Position numbers and translations under genes: made by a program
Shown here: piece after piece, positions 29,616-38,618 of the stretch
Position numbering within the stretch: the first letter of the stretch is position 1
Layout of the letters: each line of letters opens with the position of its first letter
Notes under the pieces: model-generated
Database searches by the model: none
Told to the model about the DNA's origin: nothing
The model's input: only the letters and a program-made list of their open reading frames with translations
NCBI GenBank assembly: GCA_963664405.1
Contig: OY761158.1
Location: 1,344,001-1,408,000 of the forward strand
DNA from: Thermoanaerobaculia bacterium
Lineage (GTDB): Bacteria; Acidobacteriota; Thermoanaerobaculia; Multivoradales; Multivoraceae
DNA: 64,000 nt
Direction: 5' to 3'

Positions 29616-30119
29616 ATGTCAAACGAACCTTCTTTCATGACGAGTCGCCTCGAAGAGGCATTGGGCTGGGCCCGTAAGTACTCGATCTTTCAGTACCCCT
29701 TCATAACCGCGTGTTGCGGGATGGAGTACATGGCTACGGCCTGTTCTCATTACGATGTCGACCGCTTCGGAGCCGGCTTGCCGAGATTCTCTCCGCGCCA
29801 GGCCGACGTGCTCTTCGTGGTCGGCACGATCAGCCACAAAATGGCGCCGGTCCTGAAGCGCATCCACGAACAGATGGCGGACCCAAAATGGGTCGTCGCC
29901 TTCGGCGTTTGCACCTGTACCGGCGGCTTCTACGACAACTACGCAACCGTGATGGGGATCGACACGATCCTGCCGGTGGACGTCTACATACCGGGGTGCC
30001 CACCCCGGCCGGAGATGGTCCTCGACGGGCTCATGAAACTTCAGGACAAGATCCAAAACGAGCGCAGCAGCGGTACGAGGCCGGCACCGGAAGCTCGACC
30101 TGAAGTGCTCGAGGCATGA
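29616..30119 (+). CDS. nuoB: NADH-quinone oxidoreductase subunit B
   Basis: ACCGME, SPRQAD, GVC, PGCPPRP. Confidence 0.97.
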   Translation: MSNEPSFMTSRLEEALGWARKYSIFQYPFITACCGMEYMATACSHYDVDRFGAGLPRFSPRQADVLFVVGTISHKMAPVLKRIHEQMADPKWVVAFGVCTCTGGFYDNYATVMGIDTILPVDVYIPGCPPRPEMVLDGLMKLQDKIQNERSSGTRPAPEARPEVLEA

Positions 30120-30724
30120 CTTCCGACACCTTGATCGCGGCTGTCACCGAACGCTTCCCGGATGGCGTGACGGCTTCTCACAGCTATCGCGGTGACGCCA
30201 CCTTGGTGCTGAAGCGCGAGTCCCTGCTCGAGGTCGCCGCATTCATCAAGGACGATCCGGCGCTGCAGATGAACATGCTGGTGGACCTCAGCGCGGTCGA
30301 CTACTCCGCCTTCGGTAAGAGCCCTGTTCCAGCCTTCTTTGCCTCCTCGGGAGTCACGTTGGGCCCCTCGCTGCAGATCCCCGACAAGGATCCGTGGCCG
30401 GGGCCACCGGACGCAGCCGCACGCTTCGCCGTCGTTTACCACTTCTATTCGATCAGCCATAAACATCGGCTAAGGCTGGTGGTTCCGACACCGGTGGTAT
30501 CGGGACATGGTGATAGCGCTACCGCTGGTGAAGTCGACACCTTGAGCGAGCTGTGGCCGGCTGCCAACTGGCTCGAGCGAGAGGTCTGGGACATGTACGG
30601 AATTCGATTCCGCGGCCATCCGGACCTCAGACGCATCCTCATGTACGAAGAGTTCGAAGGCCACCCACTACGCAAGGACTACCCGGTAAAGAGGCGCCAG
30701 CCGCTGATCGGCCCCCTCAACTAG
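30116..30724 (+). CDS. nuoC: NADH-quinone oxidoreductase subunit C
   Basis: WLEREVWDMYG, GHPDLRRIL, GHPLRKDYP. Confidence 0.96.
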   Translation: MTSDTLIAAVTERFPDGVTASHSYRGDATLVLKRESLLEVAAFIKDDPALQMNMLVDLSAVDYSAFGKSPVPAFFASSGVTLGPSLQIPDKDPWPGPPDAAARFAVVYHFYSISHKHRLRLVVPTPVVSGHGDSATAGEVDTLSELWPAANWLEREVWDMYGIRFRGHPDLRRILMYEEFEGHPLRKDYPVKRRQPLIGPLN

Positions 30725-30731
30725 TGCACTC

Positions 30732-32111
30732 ATGACCTTACCCACGACCCCGCCCACGGCCTCGACTGCTCCCGAAGAGACCTCGGATCTCGATACGAGA
30801 GACATGATGCTCAATATCGGCCCCGCGCATCCGGCGATGCACGGGATCGTCCGCATCGTCGCCACCCTCGAAGGGGAGACGGTCAAAGACACCGACGTCG
30901 AGATCGGCTACCTCCACCGCGGCTTCGAGAAGATGTCGGAGATCGTCGATTACAACGGCGTCATCCCCTACACCGACCGCCTCAACTACGTATCGCCCTT
31001 GATCAACAACCAGGGCTACTGCATGGCGATAGAGAAGCTTCTCGGAATCGAGGTTCCGGAGCGTTGCCATTACATCCGCGTCATCGTCTCGGAGATCTCC
31101 CGCATCGGCGACCACCTGACCTGCGTCGGCGCCGGCGCGATGGAGCTCGGGGCCTTCACCGTCTTTCTCTACATGATCAAAGCCCGCGAGCACCTCTGGG
31201 AACTGATCGAAAAGGTGACGGGGGCGCGGCTGACGGTGACCTACTGTCGCGTGGGCGGAGTCAAGGCCGACCTTCCCGAGGGCTTCGCCGAGCTCTGTAG
31301 CGAGGCTTTCGTAGAGACCCGCAAGGTGCTCGCAGAGTCGCATACGTTGCTTACGCGCAACCGCATCTTCATCGACCGGATGAGCGGAGTCGGTGTGATC
31401 TCTGCCGAAGACGCGATCGCCTACGGGATCACCGGTCCCTTCCTGCGCGGCAGCGGCGTCGAATACGACGTTCGCAAGGACTGCCCCTATGCCGTCTACG
31501 ACCGCTTGCCCTTCGACGTACCGGTGGGAACCCAGGGCGACAATATGGATCGATACCTGGTGCGCATGGAAGAAATGGAACAGTCGATGCGTATCGTCGA
31601 GGCTGCCCTGAGCGAGCTGCCGGGAGGGCCGGTCCTCACCAACCCCGAGACCGGGCGCCCAATCCCTGCCGCGGAGATGGTCGACCTCGCCAAAATGGGC
31701 GATATCAGCCCGCTCTCAGGTGGCTGCGCGGTTGTAGGTCCGACCCTCGAGGGGTCAGGCGGCAGCCACTACTCATCGATTGCCGCCGACCACCGACAAG
31801 TCCTCCTCCCTGCCAAGGAGGACGCCTACGGCAATATCGAAGGCCTGATGCGGCAGTTCAAGCTGGTCATGCTCGGCCACGGAATCAAGGCTCCGAAGGG
31901 CGAGGTCTACTTCCCCGTCGAAGGCGCCAACGGAGAACTGGGCTTCTACATCGTCAGCGACGGCGCGGGGTCGCCCTATCGAGTGCGGGTCCGTCCGCCT
32001 TGCTTTGCGATCATGTCGGCGCTGTCCAAGCTCCTGGAAGGGGACATGATGGCCGACATCGTCCCCACTTTCGGCTCTGTGAACATGATCGGAGGGGAGC
32101 TCGACCGGTGA
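30732..32111 (+). CDS. nuoD: NADH-quinone oxidoreductase subunit D
   Basis: NIGPAHPAMHG, GYLHRGFEK, DRLNY, GELDR end; no hydrogenase CxxC. Confidence 0.97.
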   Translation: MTLPTTPPTASTAPEETSDLDTRDMMLNIGPAHPAMHGIVRIVATLEGETVKDTDVEIGYLHRGFEKMSEIVDYNGVIPYTDRLNYVSPLINNQGYCMAIEKLLGIEVPERCHYIRVIVSEISRIGDHLTCVGAGAMELGAFTVFLYMIKAREHLWELIEKVTGARLTVTYCRVGGVKADLPEGFAELCSEAFVETRKVLAESHTLLTRNRIFIDRMSGVGVISAEDAIAYGITGPFLRGSGVEYDVRKDCPYAVYDRLPFDVPVGTQGDNMDRYLVRMEEMEQSMRIVEAALSELPGGPVLTNPETGRPIPAAEMVDLAKMGDISPLSGGCAVVGPTLEGSGGSHYSSIAADHRQVLLPAKEDAYGNIEGLMRQFKLVMLGHGIKAPKGEVYFPVEGANGELGFYIVSDGAGSPYRVRVRPPCFAIMSALSKLLEGDMMADIVPTFGSVNMIGGELDR

Positions 32112-33907
32112 CGTTTTCAGACCTAGAGGGCAAGGCTGCCGAGATCCTGCAGCGCTACGAGTACCCCAAAGCAGCCATGCTGCCACTGTTGTGGTTGGTG
32201 CAGGAGAATATGGGCTACGTCGCTCTAGAGGCGGAGCCATGGGTAGCCGGCATCCTGGGCGTCTCCCGCTCCCAGGTGCACGAAGTCGTCTCCTTCTACA
32301 ACATGTACCACACCCAGCCCGTAGGCCGCCGGGAGCTACGCGTGTGCACCAGCCTGCCCTGCCAGCTGCGCGGATCCAAGGAGCTCTTGGCGAAGATCGA
32401 AGAGAAACTCAATATCCGACCCGGCGAGACCACGCCCGACGGCAAGGTCACCCTGACCGAGGTCGAGTGTCTCTGCGCCTGCGAGATGTCCCCCATGGCG
32501 CAGCTCGACGAACGCTTCGTCGGCCCGATCGAGGGTAGCGCCATTGACAACATCGTCGCGGACGCCCTGGCAGCGCCCGGTAGCAGCGAGTCGACCCCGG
32601 ACCCGGATCCCTACATCTCGAGCGATGGGCCGGTGCTCTCGACTCGCTTCAAGGATCCAGAGGGCACCTGGATGGAGGCCTACGTAGCCGACCACCAGGG
32701 CTACACCGCTGCCCGCAAAGTGCTCACCTCGATGACCCCGGAGCAAGTGATCGACGAAGTCTCCAAGGCCAACTTGCGCGGGCTTGGCGGGGCCGGGTTC
32801 CCCGCCGGTAGAAAGTGGTCGTTCGTTCCCAAGGAAACCGACAAGCCCAAGTACCTCGTAGTCAATGCCGACGAGGGCGAGCCAGGCACCTTCAAGGATC
32901 GCTACATCATGGAGCGCGACCCGCACGCCCTCATCGAGGGCATGCTCATCGCAGCCTTCGCCATTGGTTGCCACAAGGCCTACGTCTACATCCGTGGCGA
33001 GTACTTCGAGTCGGCGAAGCGCCTACAACGCGCGATCGACGAGGCTCATCAGAAAGGGTGGCTGGGCCAGAATATCCAGGGTACCGGCTTCGACCTGGAA
33101 ATTGTCATTCACCGTGGCGCCGGCGCTTACATCTGCGGCGAAGAAACCGCGCTGCTCACTTCCCTCGAGGGCGGAAAAGGCTTTCCAAGGCTCAAACCCC
33201 CCTTTCCCGCCATCTCCGGTCTCTTTGCCTGCCCAACGATCGTAAACAACGTCGAGACTCTGAGCTGCGTTCCGTTCATTCTTCGCAACGGCTCGGAAGC
33301 TTTTTCCGCCATTGGCACCGAGAGGCAGGGCGGCACCCGCCTCTTCTGCGTCAGCGGGCACGTCGTCCGACCCGGGGTTTACGAGGCCCCGGTCTCGATC
33401 ACTTTGCGAGAGTTGATCGAAGAGAAAGCCGGTGGTGTCCGCGATGGCAGAAAGCTCAAGGCGGTGATTCCAGGAGGCATCTCAGCCAAGATTCTCAGCG
33501 CCGACGAGATCGACGTTGCCATGGACTTCGACTCCCTGATGGCCGCCGGCACGATGGCCGGATCGGGGGGCGTCATCGTCATGGACGAGACCACCTCGAT
33601 AGTCGACGCATTGGGATCGGCTGTACGTTTCTTCGCCGACGAATCGTGTGGGCAGTGCTCACCCTGCCGCGAGGGGACCGGCTGGATTCATCGCATCATG
33701 GACCGGCTCAGCGAAGGCGGAGGAACGCCTCAGGACCTCGAAGACCTCCTCGCCATCGCCGGCGACATGGAGGGCAAGACCATCTGCGTTTTCGCCGACG
33801 CCGCGGCCTGGCCAGTGCAGTCCTACATCGCCAAGTTCCGCGACGAGTTCGAAGACTACATTCGCAGCGGACGCAAGCCGTCGGCGACGGAGGCCGCCTA
33901 TGCCTAG
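32108..33907 (+). CDS. nuoEF: Fused NuoE-NuoF (NADH-binding module)
   Basis: NuoE CTSLPC and ECLCAC, then NuoF RGLGGAGFP, NADEGEPGTFKD, YICGEE, ESCGQCSPCREG, TIC in one frame; GTG start overlaps the nuoD stop. Confidence 0.93.
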   Translation: MTFSDLEGKAAEILQRYEYPKAAMLPLLWLVQENMGYVALEAEPWVAGILGVSRSQVHEVVSFYNMYHTQPVGRRELRVCTSLPCQLRGSKELLAKIEEKLNIRPGETTPDGKVTLTEVECLCACEMSPMAQLDERFVGPIEGSAIDNIVADALAAPGSSESTPDPDPYISSDGPVLSTRFKDPEGTWMEAYVADHQGYTAARKVLTSMTPEQVIDEVSKANLRGLGGAGFPAGRKWSFVPKETDKPKYLVVNADEGEPGTFKDRYIMERDPHALIEGMLIAAFAIGCHKAYVYIRGEYFESAKRLQRAIDEAHQKGWLGQNIQGTGFDLEIVIHRGAGAYICGEETALLTSLEGGKGFPRLKPPFPAISGLFACPTIVNNVETLSCVPFILRNGSEAFSAIGTERQGGTRLFCVSGHVVRPGVYEAPVSITLRELIEEKAGGVRDGRKLKAVIPGGISAKILSADEIDVAMDFDSLMAAGTMAGSGGVIVMDETTSIVDALGSAVRFFADESCGQCSPCREGTGWIHRIMDRLSEGGGTPQDLEDLLAIAGDMEGKTICVFADAAAWPVQSYIAKFRDEFEDYIRSGRKPSATEAAYA

Positions 33908-35495
33908 TCTGAGCATCGACGGCCAAGAGATCACGGTCGACGACGGCACCACCGTCATCCAGGCCGGGGAGAAGCTCGGGATCTTCATCCCTCGCTACTG
34001 CTACCACCCCGGCCTTTCGATCGCAGGCAACTGCCGCATCTGCCTGGTGGATGTCGAGAACAACCCCAAGCTGCAGATCGCATGCAACCTGCCGGTCACC
34101 GAGGGGATGGTCGTCCACACCGAGAGCGACAAGGCTCAAGACGGTCGTCGCTCGGTGCTCGAGTTTCTCCTCGCCAACCACCCGCTCGATTGCCCGGTAT
34201 GTGACCAGTCCGGCGAGTGCGACCTGCAGAACTTCTACATGAACTTCGGGCTCTACCAGCCCAGGTTTCGCGAGCACAAAGTAAAGAAGAAGAAGGCATT
34301 CGAGCTCGGCCCTCATGTGATGCTCGACCAGGAGCGCTGCATCTTGTGCTCGCGCTGCGTCCGTTTTACCGACGAGATCTCCAAGACCGGCGAGTTCGGC
34401 ATCTTCAACCGCGGCGACCGGGCTGAGCTGGCAATCTACCCCGGCGAGGTCCTCGACAACCCCTACTCGGCAAATGTGGTGGACATCTGCCCGGTGGGCG
34501 CACTCACCGAGAAGGACTTCCGCTTCAAGGCCAGGGTCTGGTACCTCTCTAGCGCTCCGACGGTGTGCAACGGCTGCAGCCGTGGCTGCAACGTAGACGC
34601 CCACTTCGTCCTCGACCGGCCCCATCTGAATGACGAGGCTCGACTGGTGCGGATGAAGCCGCGCTATAACGAGGACGTCAACAAGTGGTGGCTCTGCGAC
34701 GAAGGCAGATACGGTTTCGGCTGGCTCGACCAAGGCCGTCTGACCCAAGTGCGAGGTCCGTCAGTGGATGAGGCAACGACTCCGAGCGCCGCATGGGAGC
34801 AGGCCCTCACCACAATCTCGACCGCCCTCGGCAAGGCGAAGTCGAAGATTGGAGTCATCGCTTCGGCGCAGCTCACCAACGAGGAGCTCTTTCTGATCCA
34901 AGAGATCTTCCAGGAGCGCCTGGGCGCGCGAGTCAGCGCATCGGTCCCGGAGCGACTTGGAAGCGCGGATGACTTCCTCATCCAGGCCGACAAGAACCCA
35001 AACACCCTGGGGGCGACACTACTGAACCTGGCCGGTCCCGACGCGGTCGACGCCAAAGAGATCATCGACCAGGCGCTCGCCGGGGAGCTCGGGGCCCTCT
35101 GGGTGTTCGGTCACGACCTTGTCGATCTCTTCGGCGAAGAGTGCGTGCGAGAGCTGGCAGCGAAAGTCGAGCTCTTGGTCTTCTCCGGCACCAACGAGAA
35201 CGCGACCGTGCCCTTCGCACACTGGGTTCTGCCCACCGCGGCCTACCTCGAGAAAGACGGCACCTTCGTCAACTGCCAAGGGCGGGTCCAACGAGTCGGG
35301 CGCGCCTTCCCTCCACTCGAGGGCTGTCGGGAGGATTGGCGAGTGCTCCAGGAGCTGGCGGAAGCCCTGGGCGCGGAGCTCGAGTGGCAGGAGCCCGAGC
35401 AGATCTTCGAGCGGCTCGCAACGGCCTCGACGCCTTTCGCCGGACTGGGCTACGAAATACTGGGGGCGCATGGAGCGGAGGTGACGAGGCCGTGA
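33900..35495 (+). CDS. nuoG: NADH-quinone oxidoreductase subunit G (short, 531 aa)
   Basis: RYCYHP..GNCRICL, HPLDCPVCDQSGEC, RCILCSRC..CPVGAL, CNGCSRGC..WLCDEGR. Confidence 0.93.
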   Translation: MPSLSIDGQEITVDDGTTVIQAGEKLGIFIPRYCYHPGLSIAGNCRICLVDVENNPKLQIACNLPVTEGMVVHTESDKAQDGRRSVLEFLLANHPLDCPVCDQSGECDLQNFYMNFGLYQPRFREHKVKKKKAFELGPHVMLDQERCILCSRCVRFTDEISKTGEFGIFNRGDRAELAIYPGEVLDNPYSANVVDICPVGALTEKDFRFKARVWYLSSAPTVCNGCSRGCNVDAHFVLDRPHLNDEARLVRMKPRYNEDVNKWWLCDEGRYGFGWLDQGRLTQVRGPSVDEATTPSAAWEQALTTISTALGKAKSKIGVIASAQLTNEELFLIQEIFQERLGARVSASVPERLGSADDFLIQADKNPNTLGATLLNLAGPDAVDAKEIIDQALAGELGALWVFGHDLVDLFGEECVRELAAKVELLVFSGTNENATVPFAHWVLPTAAYLEKDGTFVNCQGRVQRVGRAFPPLEGCREDWRVLQELAEALGAELEWQEPEQIFERLATASTPFAGLGYEILGAHGAEVTRP

Positions 35496-36583
35496 TGGAA
35501 GTCGTGCTCATCAAGCTCGCTTTGACCGGGTTTGTGCTGTTCGGTGTCCTCAACCTGGCGGGCCTCCACACCTGGGTGGAGCGTAAGCAGTCGGCCCTGA
35601 TTCAGGACCGGATCGGAGCCAATCGCGCCACGATCTTCGGAATACGGGCGTTGGGCCTTTTCCACGGCATCGCCGATGCGATCAAGCTGTTCACCAAGGA
35701 AGACATCGTCCCGTCCGGCGCCGACAAGACTCTCCACACTCTCGCCCCCTTCTTCTCGGTCTTCTTCGCGCTGGTGACCTTCGCCGCGATTCCTTTCGGA
35801 GACCATCTGATCCTGGGAGATCGGGTCATCGGTCTCCAGATCGCCGACCTCAATGTCGCGCTGCTGTTCATCTTCGCCATGCTTTCGCTCGGGGTCTACG
35901 GCGTGATTCTCGCCGGCTTCGCCTCGCGAAATAATTACGCGATCATGGGCGGGCTCCGAGCCACGGCGCAGATGATCTCCTACGAGATCGCCCTGGGAGT
36001 CTCCATCGTTGGCGTGGTCATGGTCTACGGGACCATGAATCTGGCTGAGCTGGTACGGGCTCAAGGTCAACTGATCGGTGGCTGGGTTCCTATGTGGGGC
36101 ATTCTCACCCAGCCTGTCGCCTTCGTGATCTTTCTCACCGCGGCGCTGGCTGAGACCAAGAGGGTACCTTTCGACCTGCCTGAAGCGGAGTCCGAGATCG
36201 TCGGCTACTTTGTCGAGTACAGCGGCATGAAGTTCGGCATGTTCCTGCTCACCGACTTTATCGAAACGATCGTAGTCGCCTGCCTTGCCACGACTCTTTT
36301 CTTCGGAGGCTGGCAGGTCCCGTTCCTGATGCCCGATGGCTTCCACTTCCCCTGGGGCGGAGAGATTCCGGTCTCCAACTGGGTCTATGCTCTGCTCGGC
36401 GTCGGGAGCTTCTCGACCAAGGTCTTAGTCTTCTGCTTCGTCTTCATGCAGCTGCGTTGGACCGTGCCGCGCTTCCGCTACGACCAGCTCATGACCCTGG
36501 GCTGGAAGGGACTCTTCCCGGTGGCAGTAGTCAACGTGGTCATAACAGCAATCGTTCTCGTCTTCTTCGGAGAGGTGAGCTAA
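35495..36583 (+). CDS. nuoH: NADH-quinone oxidoreductase subunit H
   Basis: ERK, ADAIKLFTKE, GGLRATAQMISYE, PFDLPEAESE, PRFRYDQLM. Confidence 0.96.
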   Translation: MEVVLIKLALTGFVLFGVLNLAGLHTWVERKQSALIQDRIGANRATIFGIRALGLFHGIADAIKLFTKEDIVPSGADKTLHTLAPFFSVFFALVTFAAIPFGDHLILGDRVIGLQIADLNVALLFIFAMLSLGVYGVILAGFASRNNYAIMGGLRATAQMISYEIALGVSIVGVVMVYGTMNLAELVRAQGQLIGGWVPMWGILTQPVAFVIFLTAALAETKRVPFDLPEAESEIVGYFVEYSGMKFGMFLLTDFIETIVVACLATTLFFGGWQVPFLMPDGFHFPWGGEIPVSNWVYALLGVGSFSTKVLVFCFVFMQLRWTVPRFRYDQLMTLGWKGLFPVAVVNVVITAIVLVFFGEVS

Positions 36584-37227
36584 TGGCCGTCAAAGTCATG
36601 CGTCGACCCGAGCTCACGTTCTGGGAGAAGACCTATCTACCTCAGGTTCTGAGCGGTCTCAAGATCACGTTCCGACACTTCTTCCGCAACCTCTTTCTGC
36701 ATATCGCCCATCGCGTGGGCCGCCTCAAGCATCTTCGCGCCGGCGTCACCTACCAGTATCCTGAAGAGCTCAGGCCGCTGATGTCGAGATATCGAAGCCG
36801 CCACCGGCTCACTGTGCGCGAGGACAACACTCCGCGCTGTGTAGGCTGCATGCTGTGCGAAACGGTGTGCCCAGCCAAGTGCATCACCATCGTGCCGGGA
36901 GAGCATCCCGACCCCAACGTCGAGAAGTATCCGATTCGCTTCGACATCGACCTAGGAGTCTGCGTCTACTGCGGCTACTGCGTCGAGGTGTGCCCAGAAG
37001 ACGCAATCCGCATGGACACCGGGATCCTCGATTTGGCGGCCTACTCGCGAGACGCGATGAAGCTCGATATCCACGAGTTGATGGATCCCCAGCTCCGCAA
37101 ACCGGTGAAGGACTGCGACCTGGATTTCCCCCACCAGTGCGAGGTCACCGGCGGAGGAATGAAAGGGAGCTGGAGCAGAGACGGCTCGGAGAGCCCGGCC
37201 CCAGGGGGTGCGCAAAGCCATGAATAG
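36583..37227 (+). CDS. nuoI: NADH-quinone oxidoreductase subunit I
   Basis: QYPEE, CVGCMLCETVCP, CVYCGYCVEVCP. Confidence 0.95.
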   Translation: MAVKVMRRPELTFWEKTYLPQVLSGLKITFRHFFRNLFLHIAHRVGRLKHLRAGVTYQYPEELRPLMSRYRSRHRLTVREDNTPRCVGCMLCETVCPAKCITIVPGEHPDPNVEKYPIRFDIDLGVCVYCGYCVEVCPEDAIRMDTGILDLAAYSRDAMKLDIHELMDPQLRKPVKDCDLDFPHQCEVTGGGMKGSWSRDGSESPAPGGAQSHE

Positions 37228-38239
37228 CCTACCTCTCGCCAGAGACATCATGGTGACTGACCTCATCACGGTGGCTCCGGAAGACGAGGTCTTTCAAGGC
37301 ATCCATCTCCTCCTCCACCATCACATCACCGGCGCCCCGGTGGTGGGAAACGATCGACGCTACCTAGGCATGCTGTCGGAGAAGAGCTGCATGAGCGTGC
37401 TCTATCTAACAGCGATAGGAGGCGGGGGGCAGGAGCATCCTCTTCGCGCGCGCGATTTCATGGACACCAAGCTGCTGACGCTGCATCCAGAGACCGACGC
37501 CTTCGAAGCGATCTCTACTCTTCTCAAGCATCGTGTTTCCGGGGCCTCCGTACTCGACGAGGATCAGAGCTTTCTCGGCGTCTTCTCCGAGCGCTACATC
37601 ATGCGCCTGCTGATCAACTCCGCCTACGACCAGATGCCATCGCCTCGCGTCGGTGCCTTCATGAACACCGACCGCGGACGGTTGATCACACCGGAGACCG
37701 ATCTGCTCGAAGTCTCGAAGATGTTCCTCGAGCAATACTACCGAAGGCTACCGGTGCTGAGCGCCGGGAAACTGGTGGGCCAAGTGAGCCGCCGCGATGT
37801 GCTCGGGGCCGAGCATCACCTGGCGCGCTTCGTCAAGGGCCGCCGCAAGAACCTACTCGACCATCGTCGCGAGCCGATCATGGCCGAGATCTGGCACGGC
37901 AGCGGTGATCTGCCTTCGACCGAGATCTCGCATTTCATGGACACCTCGGCGGAGACGATCGCGGAGGACCTGGACTGCCTCGCTATCGCCCGGATCTTCT
38001 TGAACACCAATCGGCGGCGCCTTCCGGTACTTCGGGAAGGCAAGCTGGTGGGTCAGATCAGTCGTCGGGATCTACTCGTGGAGATGCTCAACTTGCTCAC
38101 CCAAGGGCCGCACCACGACCAGCCAGGCCTCTACCTGAGCGCAGTAGCGGACCCCGAGGAGAATCCGATTCTCAGAGCGGCGGACCCACGAAGCGCCGGA
38201 AAGTCACCGCGCCGGCTGGAACCGAGTAGGCAGCCCTAG
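37220..38239 (+). CDS. Four-CBS-domain protein
   Basis: Four CBS motifs (ITGAPVV, VSGASVL, YRRLPVL, RRRLPVL); start overlaps the nuoI end. Confidence 0.9.
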   Translation: MNSLPLARDIMVTDLITVAPEDEVFQGIHLLLHHHITGAPVVGNDRRYLGMLSEKSCMSVLYLTAIGGGGQEHPLRARDFMDTKLLTLHPETDAFEAISTLLKHRVSGASVLDEDQSFLGVFSERYIMRLLINSAYDQMPSPRVGAFMNTDRGRLITPETDLLEVSKMFLEQYYRRLPVLSAGKLVGQVSRRDVLGAEHHLARFVKGRRKNLLDHRREPIMAEIWHGSGDLPSTEISHFMDTSAETIAEDLDCLAIARIFLNTNRRRLPVLREGKLVGQISRRDLLVEMLNLLTQGPHHDQPGLYLSAVADPEENPILRAADPRSAGKSPRRLEPSRQP

Positions 38240-38252
38240 CCGACCTTGCGAG

Positions 38253-38330
38253 CTAGACGGTCGGCGCCAAATACTTGGTGAGCTCTCGAAAGCGCGGATA
38301 CTGGCGGAGGGGATCGAAGATCGGCTCGAG
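38253..38330 (-). pseudogene. C-terminal remnant of a TPR/TolB-type kinase or cyclase
   Basis: LEPIFDPLRQYPRFRELTKYLAPTV* matches the DPxFDPLRxxPRF tail motif. Confidence 0.6.
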
Positions 38331-38618
38331 CTCGGGCGACGAGATCTAGTACCGCGGCCCGACCCACATGATGACCATCCCGATCGAGAAGAAGGGTAGT
38401 GAGCTGATCACCGGGCGGCCGAGATTCTGTTCGAAGATCGGTTCCGACGGGGTAACAACCTAGGCATCATCAACTACGGCGTGCATCCGGACGGCCGCTT
38501 CCTGATGATCGAGGCCGTGGAGGATCAGAAGGAGAAAGTGATCCTGGTGCAAAACTGGCGAGCGAAGGTGCGCGAAATGTTCTCGAAAAGTGGTTCGCCG
38601 GTTCCCAATCAGCCCTAG
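38329..38618 (+). pseudogene. Decayed C-terminus of a Ser/Thr kinase-PD40 beta-propeller protein
   Basis: GDEI*YRGPTHMM...GRP/(frameshift)EILFE...NYGVHPDGRFLMI...VILVQNW; contains a premature TAG and a 1-nt frameshift. Confidence 0.65.

Noticed and set aside
30732-32111. Group 4 [NiFe]-hydrogenase large subunit
   Set aside because: No N- or C-terminal CxxC Ni-binding motifs; quinone-site His/Tyr motifs of NuoD are present.
38346-38349. CTAG as the junction between the two kinase remnants
   Set aside because: The plus-strand homology (GDEI*YR) continues across it, so it is a premature stop rather than the breakpoint.
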